This document shows positions 11,530 to 21,600 of a stretch of DNA of 64,000 nt, one piece after another (position 1 is the first letter of the stretch; every line of letters starts with the position of its first letter). This DNA is from Spirogloea muscicola (lineage: Eukaryota). The DNA lies in contig WELB01000012.1 of assembly GCA_009602725.1 (NCBI GenBank), positions 946,941-1,010,940 of the forward strand, given 5' to 3'. Under the pieces are notes generated by a model. The model ran no database searches. It was not told the DNA's origin and was given only the letters and a program-made list of their open reading frames with translations. The position numbers were made by a program, and so were the translations under genes.

Positions 11530-11990
11530 AGGACTCGCTGGCTTGACCTTCTCCAGCGCCTTGCGCGGCGTGCAGTGGCCCGCCGCCAAGAGCAGCAGAG
11601 CGAGCAGCCTGGCTTCCATGCCGCCGGGTCCCTTGCTCAAGATTTCCGGATGGGCTTGGCCGTTTACCCGCAGCGGTCCCTTGCCTTCGCTGTCCACTTG
11701 CGTGCAGGCCGCGCCTTGGCTGCTGGATTTTTTTAATTATTTCCGGCACCGTTTTGTGGCCTTTGTGGCCTGCGAATATTGTCCATTCTTTTCTGGCCTG
11801 CCTTTGCTAGCCCCTCTTTCTATGGGCGAGCAATTTCTCTTGGCTGCGGCCTCTGGTTTCCGTCAGGGCGTTGTCTATCCGCCTGCTGGCTGTTCCAATT
11901 TGCACGTACTGACTAGAGGTTACTGAGAATCTCCTTGCTGCCGTCTTAGCGCCTCTCATAGCCACCAGTCAATTTGGCAGCGCTGTTGTT
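11530..11990 (+). mobile_element. CRE-like subfamily A 3' fragment with a nested 115-bp insert
   Basis: WLDLLQRLARRAVARR...QRSLAFAVHLRAGRAL / AAASGFRQG...LTRGY*. Insert 11724-11838 is flanked by cttggctgc. Confidence 0.85.
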
Positions 11991-12719
11991 TTACTTAGGC
12001 CCCTCGTGGGAGCCAAGGGCTGCTTGTCACAAGTCTGTTAGTCCATGGATTATTCTCTTCTATTTGGATCCAATCCTACCGTTCAGTTCAAGCTTGTAGA
12101 AGTTGTTTGATGGCTTCCACATTCGAATATTAAGATCTCTACTGGATCAGATGGGATAATGAAAAGAGCAATTATTATTCAGACCACACCTTAGTACCAA
12201 TCTGCCTTTTAGGATAGTAGGGTAGATTAGTATCAAGACCAAACTCAAACCCTCAAAACCTCCGTTATCGTTGTCCATCGTCGTCTATCTTTGCGATCGT
12301 AAGAGAACTACGCATGCAGCAAGAGCACGCGCCGGTGCCTTGGTGCAACCAGTGAGGACGGTGGCCAGCTTGCCAGCTGCCAGCTCGCTTGGCGGCCAGC
12401 TTGCTTGTCTTCCGGTAAAGTGGCCACCCTTACATTTCAGCTCAGCTCCCTCAGCTTGTCTGATTTCTACTGCTGACACGGGGGTACTAATGAAGAGCGC
12501 CCGGTCTGCCTAGCCTGTGGCTCCGTCATGAACATCTGTATGCCGCTAGCTGGCTTTTACAGCCGCTCTTTGATTTCAGCAGCGGCATTCTTTCCATTGT
12601 CATGCGCACCGCGCACTCACTCTCTCGTTGGGCTGGCCTTCAGCAGCCATTGCCTTACATTATACAAGCTATTTCTCTTTGCCAGCTTGCATCCACATCC
12701 CTGTCAACGAAAGAGAGAA

Positions 12720-13280
12720 AGACTCTTCCAGTAGAGGGCGAATGCTGTGATCGACCAGCCCAGGGAAAAGAATGAGCAAGATTTGAAGGGGCCAGAAAAT
12801 CGCTAGAGCACACAGCGACCAAAGTGGCCACTGGATGCTCAATATCAGAGAAGAAAACAGCTCTTACAACCTAACGGCAGTGGCTGCGAGAGGCCAGCCC
12901 AAAGGAATGGACAAGGTCTGAAAGGGGCAGCTGGCGCTATTCTCTAAGACGTCGGCAAGTGGGCTCGCAAACGGAAGAAAGTGCTCTCCCACAGGAGCTG
13001 GGAAAGGCCAGCCCAGAAAGTCCCTGGCTAGGGCCAGAGGCTGCAGCTAAGGCACGACCGGCACGCAGATGTAGTGCGCGAGCCATGGACCTCTGCAGTG
13101 AGACGGACAGGCGCATGCGATAACCTCTAGACAGTAAGTGCAAGTCTGAGAAACAAGAGAGCGGAAAAGCGACGCCCTGACGGAACCTAAAGGCAGCAGC
13201 CAAGACGCGGCCTGCACGCACGTGGACGGCGAAGGCGAAGGACCTCTGCAGAGAGGTTGCCAGGCGCATTCTGTACACCT
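12720..13280 (-). mobile_element. Stacked retroelement 3' fragments (host copy with nested insert at about 12971-13119)
   Basis: Two tandem YRMRL..SLQRS..ALH..RAGRAL units; the host tail matches 14541-14720. Confidence 0.8.
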
Positions 13281-13329
13281 AGGGCTATTTCACACAGGGA
13301 CGGACGGACGGACGCCTGGCGTCCCGCCC

Positions 13330-13646
13330 CGGTGGGGCAACATTTCGTGTATTTGAAACAAACGAAGGCCAAATGGCCAAGTACAAAGGCAAGCAGATTA
13401 AGGCCTACATAACCTACAGTAGATTGACCCGCTCAGAAACCACGGGTCAAAACATAAAGGTCGCTAACCGATGCCTGGATAGTAGATGGCAGATACGAAG
13501 CCCTTCTGCTACCAACTAGAGCTCGCCCAGCTTTCTGGTGCAAAGCATTAGCCTGAGCACGCTGCAAACAGGCCGAAACTCGTCGTCGCAACAACGACAG
13601 ATAAGCAGCTGGCAAGCCCATCTCAGCCGGGAACACATCTGCATGT
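13330..13646 (-). mobile_element. CRE-like subfamily B C-terminus and 3' UTR, cut at an n join
   Basis: ADVFPAEMGLPAAYLSLLRRRVSACLQRAQANALHQKAGRAL...SDLYVLTRGF*. Confidence 0.75.
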
Positions 13647-13859
13647 NACGGGGGCGCTGAGGACAGGCGCGCCGCCCCTGCCCGGTACCCCGCCAACGAC
13701 GTCGCCGGCTCAGGGCGCCCTTGTGAGAGACGGTGGCCTCGGCTGCCCAGCCCGCCAGACCACAGCGCTTCCCGCGAGCCTGCTGCCGCTCCTGAGGCAC
13801 AGGGAGCTTGTACATTCGTTCGGGCTAGCCACTCACAGCCGTTGCATGGGAAACGCTGC

Positions 13860-14500
13860 TTTCTCGTTGTGAAGAAAGCCTGTCGACGAGTGAGCTCGTC
13901 CAAAGGGGGCGAGGCCCGTGAAAAGCCAGCCCGAAAGAGAGAAGGCGCGCGGGGGCGCATGAAATGAAAGGGAGGCCATTTCAAGCCAATACATTGTTCA
14001 AGCAGAGGCGAGTGCAAACTAAACAAGGCTACATAAGACGGACACCTAAACTAATGTGCTTAAGGTGACATTAGTACCCACGGGAGAGCACAAACAAATC
14101 GGACAAGCTAACTTGGGGAGCTGGAGCGCCGCCACGAAAGCCGGAGGCCCGACTTAGAGCGCGCCCTGCACGTTGATGAAGAGCCAAGGCTTGCGAGCGC
14201 AGCAAACAAAGCGAGAGCCGCATTCTATAATATGCAATTAAGGCCTGTGGAATGCTGGAGTGACCCAACCTGCCCCCCCGACTTCTACGACGCGCATCAA
14301 CCAGCCGGGCCAGATGCTGGATCAGGGAGGACCATTTCAAGCCGTAGCCGCCGTAGATATCCATGGCACACGGGCAAAGATGGTCCCCTCGGGGATGGTC
14401 CTGGTAGTGCCGCTCCTTCTTGCGCTCCGCGCTGGACGTGGCCCAGCCAGACACGGTTGACGTGGGTGCGCCAGCCTTGTATGCGTCGATCAGTACCACG
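13860..14500 (-). mobile_element. CRE-like subfamily C 3' fragment with long 3' UTR
   Basis: AERKKERHYQDHPRGD...RMRLSLCLLRSQALALHQRAGRAL...LSRGY* (14071). The UTR carries tggcctccctttcatttcatgcgc, also seen near 10870, 12421, 15485 and 50975. Confidence 0.85.
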
Positions 14501-14540
14501 TCCAGGAGCAGACGAGGCCCACCGCCCCGGGGGGTGGCGA

Positions 14541-14845
14541 CCTGCTGCCTCCGGGTTTCGTCAGGGCGACGCTTTTCCGCTCTCTACTTATTCTGACTTG
14601 CACTTACTGTCTAGAGGTCATTGCGAGCCCACTTGCTGACGTCTAAGAGACTAGTATCCTGCTTTTTGCGCCATCCGGCCCTTCCAGACCTTGTCCATAC
14701 CTATGGGCTGGCCTCTCACAGCCATTAATGTCAATTTGGGAGCGTTTTCCAAGTCAGGCCACCGGCTTCCGAAACGGCACTCGGGCTCCCCAACTTAGCT
14801 TGTCGGAAATTATGTGCTCCCCCGTGGGTACTAATGTCACACTAA
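14541..14845 (+). mobile_element. Retroelement 3' fragments (subfamily A, then C)
   Basis: AASGFRQGDAFPLSTYSDLHLLSRG, the stem-loop motif at 14705-14723, and cgtgggtactaatgtcac matching 14065-14082. Confidence 0.75.
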
Positions 14846-14867
14846 TTAACTGGTGGCTGGGAGAGAA

Positions 14868-15345
14868 GTGGCTCTCCCAATGGGGGCAAGGGCTGTGAGA
14901 AGCCAGCCCGAAAAGAATTGACAAGGTTCGAAGGGGCCAATCTACGAGCTAAGCAGAGCCTGTGGGGCCTGAAGAGGCTATGGCAGAAGGGGGGAGGATG
15001 GACCACTCAGTAGTTACGAGTAAGGAGCCTCACATCCGACAGACTAGCTGCCGGAAAACTATCCCCCTGACGAAAGCCGGAGGCCGCAGCGAGAGCACGG
15101 CCAGCACGCAGATGCAAGGCGTGGGCCATGGACCGCTGGAGGGAGACGGACAAGCGCACACGATACACCTGAGCCACCGAGCCAGCGGCGTTGAAGTCAG
15201 CCGGCTCACCACGCCTGCGGGACACAGCGCGCCGTGCAAGCCTGGCCAACAGGTCGAGCCAGTGGGATCCGAGAGCCCCGTGCACGTCCACAGCCAGGGG
15301 GACGAACTCATCGGCAGCCGGGTGGTCGGCGTGTTTGGCCAACGA
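14868..15345 (-). mobile_element. CRE-like subfamily A 3' fragment
   Basis: ADHPAADEFVPLAVDVHGALG...RLSVSLQRSMAHALHLRAGRAL...LTRNY*; the 3' part closely matches 51111-51308. Confidence 0.9.
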
Positions 15346-16535
15346 CACTAACGACTTAGTAACAGCCATCGCCCTCTACTGGAAGAGTTTGTCTTTTCAC
15401 CTTGGCCACCTTAGCATAGGGCTTCGCTTTATGTAGCCCCACTTTCTTGCTTTCATATTTGCCTGAACACTGCATTGCTTGATTTGGCCACCCTTTCATT
15501 TCATGCGCAGTGCGCGCCATCCCCTTACTACTAATCAGTTGCTGACCATTTGATACTTGCTGTGGCCCAGTCCGGTGTGTCACTGCCCTTCGCAGCGGCA
15601 CAATGCCTCGGGTGCACGCTTATGGGCTTCTCTTTTGACTTCGTGGGCTTCCCTTTGAGAGGCATGGGTGGCAGGATTGGCTTGTATGTCGTGCCACTTG
15701 TATATAGGATATTGATAGTATATTCTCTGACCGAAATCGTGTCGGAGGTACCGTGCTCGCACACCAAGCCAATGCATGACGCGCCTCATATATCCACGTG
15801 AGCACCCACCTTCGCAACCTTGCCAGATTGACACGATTGAGCCACCGACGGGATGTAGCACGATAGTGCTCTTAGTCTGGCGATCGCCACCTGCTTGCTT
15901 CTTCTTTACCAACTTTGTCAAGCATCTGGGCTGTACTTTTGATGTGGAGCCGCTGGCCCTCTTGGATGCGGACCATTTTGCAGGATCATGTATTCAAGCA
16001 GAGTTGGGTTTGGATATTGGCACTTCTGGGAATAACACTGCCCACAGGGTCGAACAACGTTCATGAGCTGATTTAAAGTCAGACATGCAGCACGTTCTCA
16101 GGGTCTTAAGAATTGCAGGAACCAGGTGACAGATCTGTATCCTCCGCCCAAGTTCCTTGCCAGTAAATGTTTACTGATCTCTTGCCCAACTTGAAAAGCG
16201 GACCGATCCGACGATGAATATGATTGACTGCTTCATTTAGCGTGTGTTACATTAGCAGATACTAATAGATTGCGCAGTTTGGCCCTCCATCAAGGGGCAG
16301 TGGCTGTGAGTTGCAGGCCATGACGAAACAGTGTAACCCAGTGCAGTGGCTGCCTTATGTAGCACTCTCAGTCCGTGTCCTCTCCCTGCTTGTGACCTAA
16401 AGAAGGTAAGCAGCTCATATGACTGGGTGACTTCCACATTGGACGTGTCAGGCATTAGGGGCTGACCACCCGAGGTTGATAAGCAGACGGGTTACAGAAC
16501 ATGGCAAAAAGCCAATTGTGGTGATTGCAAAAGTC

Positions 16536-16608
16536 TGGAGGTGAGGGGCATCGATCCCCTTACCTATCGCATGCGAAGCGATCGCTCTACCATTTGAGCT
16601 ACACCCCC
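16536..16608 (-). tRNA. tRNA-Ala(CGC)
   Basis: GGGGGTGTAGCTCAAATGGTAGAGCGATCGCTTCGCATGCGATAGGTAAGGGGATCGATGCCCCTCACCTCCA: cloverleaf, G3:U70 Ala determinant, CGC anticodon, downstream T runs. Confidence 0.97.
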
Positions 16609-16830
16609 GCTCGCGCGGGCGCAATCATATCACTGGTGGCGCTGTTTCACTACATAACGGATTCATCACTAGTCTCGGCGTCGCCACCGCGACGCCGCGA
16701 CCAGCCGCCAGCGCCGCCTGCGGCGACGGCGGCGGCGGCGGCGGCGGTCTTCGACGAAGACGGTGGCGGCGGCGCCAGGAGGCGAAATTGGGATCGGTAA
16801 CAATAACGGGACGCTAACGAGGAGAACGGG

Positions 16831-17874
16831 ATGGTAAACGGGAGCCGTCACAGCTGGCTATTTGCGCCCGGGAAGCCACCGCCGCCGCCGCCCGGCGGCG
16901 CGCCGCAGGGCCAGGTGCGGGCTCGGGGGCGTCACCGGAACCCTAGCTTAAACCCCAACCCCTGGCTCGCAGCTCGAGCGCCCGTCCGCCATTGCCTCGT
17001 CCCTCCGCCTCTCGGAGCGGCCGCTCCTGACGGCCCCGCCGCGCCGAGGCGCTGCGGCCGAGCGGCAGGAGCTGTGGCGCAAGGAGCTGGCGGGCCTGGA
17101 GGACGGCGCGCTCGCCGGCGCCGGCCTGCAGGAGGACGTGGAGCGGCTGCGCCGGCAGGAGGAGATTGAGCGCTTCAAGAAGGTGTGGCCTTGTCGTCTC
17201 CCCCCTTCGCTTCGAGCGCTGCGAGGCCTTTGGTGGTCGCTCCCGTTAGAGCATCTGCATCGGCTCGTCCTGCATTGATGTCTTTAAGGGCGCTGCTCAC
17301 TGGCAAGGTGGGGGCCATTGGGGAGGCCCCACGCATTTGCGTGGCCTTCTCCAAGTGTCCTGATGCTCAGTCTGTGAAGCCATCGTCAAGCATGGTCGCC
17401 ATCCTTTCAAGAGCGGCGGAGTTAGACTTTCCAGGGCTCACTTGTTCAGGTTCGGGACATGGGAGTCAGGGCTTGAAGCTCAGGGGTCAAGCGTCCAAGA
17501 TATGATGGAAGCATCTAGCCGTATTGAGGTCCTTGGCTTCGTCACTTGCAGGACTCTTGACGTCCCTTCTGTTCTCTGTGTCGCTCTACCAGGGGAGCTA
17601 CAGTGCCAAGTTCGGTGGTGCTGGAGCCGAGGAGGCCAAGCAGCAAGGAGGGCTCAAGGACGCCATTGAGAAGGTCCTTATCGCCGACTTCTTCTTCATC
17701 CTCGCGGCCCTTGCGTGGTTCCTGGCGGGCGTCGCCCAGCGGGCCACATCCGGCGAGGCCGCCTGGCTGGACGCTTGGCTGGGCCTCTGGGGGCCCGTCT
17801 TCCAGCCTGCCCTGGGGGTCTTCATGGCTGCCGCCCTCTACTCCGCCGGCTCCAATCTACTCAAGAAGCGCTAG
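16831..17874 (+). CDS. Small membrane protein, probably plastid/cyanobacterial-type, 3 exons
   Basis: Exons 16831-16914, 16973-17182 and 17593-17874 with GT-AG boundaries; C-terminal DAIEKVLIADFFFILAALAWF...WGPVFQPALGVFMAAAL. True start uncertain. Confidence 0.7.
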
Positions 17875-18626
17875 CAAGCTCTTAGTACTGAACGTCAGCT
17901 CACCTGCACTTGTGGCTGCCCGCTGGCCCAACTCTAAGCAAGGCTGCTGGAAGCTCCTGATACCAAATTTGCTGCTCTGACATCGGCTCAGCTGTTTTCC
18001 CCCAGCTTATTTGCTCAAGGTGCTCCTCCAGCATCCCTCCCAGAATATGTGCACTCAGTTGCCTGCAATGGCCAGTGCGCCCTTGGCCCCAGGCTCTGCA
18101 GTTGCCCGACTACCTGTCTATGCAAGAACGTGAAACGAGCTAATATCTGAGATCTCAAGCCCCATACTTCTTCATATGAAGGGCCTAACGCAACTGATAA
18201 AGCAGGAATAGATCGTCTGTAGCAGCCGGGTAGAGCGATGCGGCCAACTGCTAGCCATCTGCACCATTGGCACAGAGTGTTGCACCTGCGCAGGCACTCC
18301 GCTCTACCTTTGCCCCTTTGATTGAAGTGACCAAAGCTCTGGAAGTGATGCATACTCTGCTTACTGCAATGCAAGGATTTCTATGTTGAGACCACGGATC
18401 ATGAATAACATGATTACAAGTTTCTACGAAGATGACAGAGCTCTGAACAGTACAGTCGCCCTGAGCCTCAAGACCGCATGCCTTGATTACCCTGCAATGC
18501 TGTGGCCCCATTTGGCCAATATCTATCGTGCTTTATCCATGTGTGTTGAGGTGCTGCCTGAGATGCTACAGTTGGTACATCATACGTGTCAGCAGGTGCC
18601 ATGATGCTAACGCCGGAGGCCCTGGA

Positions 18627-21600
18627 TCAAGCTTTTGACTCCATGGCTTCATCCATCTTGCACAAGTGGGGCTTGTCGCAGAAAGCCTTTGCATTGTTAT
18701 ACAGCACAAAGCCAATGGACGCCCCCAGGCCCGCCCACAACGCGGCAAACACCACGAACTGTGCCTCCAGTGGTGCTGCACCATGAGCGCAGATTGTGAC
18801 ACAGTTGCATGGACATGTGACATGCAACATGATACGTATACAAATATGACACCAGCTTATACCAGTGGTTTACCAACATAGAGGTATCATGCAAAAAGCT
18901 CAAGTGGAGGACTCAAGTGAAAGGCACATGCAATGGAAGCTTTCACTGCATGATAGGTGCACACAAAAAGTAAGCCAAACTTAAGAAGATGCGTTGTTAC
19001 AACTCACCTTGAAGTAGTGACGACATTGTTTTCCAGCTGCTTACAAGTATTAGGCAAAGGGCCACAGGAAAGAACTGCAAGCAGGGAGAGAGCCTCAGCA
19101 AGATCGGCACCTCCAGGCCAAGCATGACCTCACACACTGCTACTCATAAGAACAAGGAAGCCCTGTTATCAAGCAGCTGCAGATAAAGGAGCTTACTGCG
19201 AAGCGCTCAACACCAACACTGGCAAAAGGGGACGGCTTGCTTCGATCAACCTTGTACTTCCCAGTGATGAGGTCAAGACCATCCTGCAAGTTCACGTGCG
19301 AATGAGCCGTCTGGAAGCCTGTGTATTCCCTGCATAACTCAGACCTTCATGAGGTGCACTTTATGTGCTATTTATGAACAAAGCGTTGTTAGTAGCATCA
19401 TTGCACAATTGTTCTACCTGTCGGATGCCGTCGGTGAAGTTGTTGTAGTAGTAGCGCAAGAGTGCGTTGATTCCATCTTGTAAGAAACCTTGGGTGGTCC
19501 TCTTTCCAAACCTTCAAAGACAGGTGGCCAGCATCAGTGGAAGATGTGAGCAGCCCAAGTGCACGAGTCAACAAACACTTAGTGACATCAACAATCCTGC
19601 ACCTGTGCTATCCTAGACGCTGTTGGTCACAACAGTGGGTACATTGGTATCAGCTCGTGCAATCACTCGTGCATTCAAGCCTGATGGATATGAAGGACAA
19701 TGAACCTTTAAGAGATGGGAATAAAAGAATCTGAGTCTCAGAAGCTTACTTTTGTGGAACAATCTACCAGCAACAAGCAGCGGCGAGACCAGCAACTCAG
19801 CGGCAAGATCAGCAACCAGCATCGGCTGACCTGACAAAGTCACCCTTCAAGGCACCAGTACCAGAATATTGCTTGCTGATGTCATCCCCATGGTTAGCCC
19901 ACACTGCAACCATGGCGCTCATGAAAGAAAGATCAGGGATGGTGCAACAGTCTGAAGACCTCACAAAAAGCCAATGGTGGCGGAATGTGTCCACAGCCCA
20001 TACTCCACCGTCGGCAACTTAGAAATATGCAACGTACATATTTTGTACTGGAAGTCGAATTGGGCATGCTGCGCAACAGACTCCGATGAAGAAAAGATCC
20101 CTGTTTCCCGAAGTTGAGCTTCCAAAGCCCTTCGGGCCAGATAACTCTGGCAAGCCAGAAAGTACTACGTGAGATCACCTTTGGCAAAGTTGAAGACAGT
20201 ATCAAGAAGAGAAAGAAGGCCTGGAGGAAGACACAGATTGACAAGCAAGACTATTTCCATGCACACAATGCACTGTGACCAGGCAGCACCTTCCGCTGAA
20301 GCTGGCCATGCCTACAAGGTGACTGACTTCCACCTTCATGGCAGCAGACTTACCTGGGTGACATTGGTCCGGTCAAGGCAGTCGATGCAGTTTGTCCTGG
20401 CCACACCCTTCTGCTCCTCCACTACCTTCCCACTTGCAAGAGCGAGGAAGTATCTGCAATCACACAATGTCACAGCGCTCCTCTAAGCACCTAGCTGCCC
20501 CAGCACACTTTGACAGATCCGTGCTGGTGTGGCTGTCCTTCGAAAAGCAACAAGCAGCAAGTCAAACGAGTTACCTCTGCTTGCTAAGTGTATCCGCAAC
20601 CTCATCGTACAGAAGAGACAGCCGCTCAAAGTGCACATGTCCACAGACCCTGTGGAAATCGAAGGGGACGTATCTAGGAGCAACAACAAACTGCTTGTTC
20701 AGTATTATGCGAGGAGATAAGTACATGAGAGCATCCTGCCACAGGATCTGCAGCTGCAACCAACCAGGAAGCCACAGCAACTAACCTTGCATGACCTGGG
20801 GCACACTGTTTAGCGTCTTCTGGACACCACACACAATCACACCATCACACAATCTACACTTTTCCTTGAATATGATATGCAACTGTCACAGAGGCAACAT
20901 ACAGTCCACCCCTGATTCACCTGACATCTTCCAGTTCATTGAGGGCCTGCATAGCTTCAGCGTACTTCTTGCCTAAGTCCCCCTCGCTACCTCTCTGCAA
21001 ACAAGGTGCGCAATGTACAGGCAAAATCTTTAAACTTTACACAAGATGGCACATACACTGCAGTCATTGAAATGCAAGACGGCATCCTTGTACACAGGTC
21101 TGCCTTAGCATGTTATAATATATGCTTGGTGCATTAGCAAAGCACAATCAGCAGGCAAGGCTTAAGAAGAGTACCTGATTGATGAGGTCAAGCACAAGCA
21201 CTGAGCCATACGACTCAACCAAGGCCTTGAAGTGCTTCTCTGCCGTATCTCTCTGCAAGCACCAGCGTTGCAGGGGGAGCGGCAAGCAGTAATCCATTAG
21301 GGCTGTGATAATTGTCAGATTGAAGAAGTTTATCACAACCACATTATATTGTTAGCCATAATCACCTCGTTGTCTCAAGCACATCTCACCATCAAAGAGC
21401 TGATTGCCCTTGACCTTATTGTCAAGATTATGAATCATAACGCCTTGAAATATGTGTGTACATCTACAAGAGCATCAGAGCTGGAGGTGTCTGCCTTGCG
21501 CAAGAAACATAGTGATGCTTGCTATTCTCCGAGCAGCTACGCAGATAACAAAGATGCTGCCCTAAGAGTTATACCTGCTTCTAGCATGGAGACTTTCCGC

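Noticed and set aside
13433..14026. 197-aa ORF spanning retroelement and unrelated sequence
   Set aside because: It crosses the n at 13647 and is partly 3' UTR read-through.
1588..14909. Recurrent gggctggc...cagcc motif as CRISPR repeats or a ribozyme
   Set aside because: Spacing is irregular, copies lie on both strands inside retroelement UTRs, and no cas genes are present. No hammerhead or HDV core was recognisable by eye.
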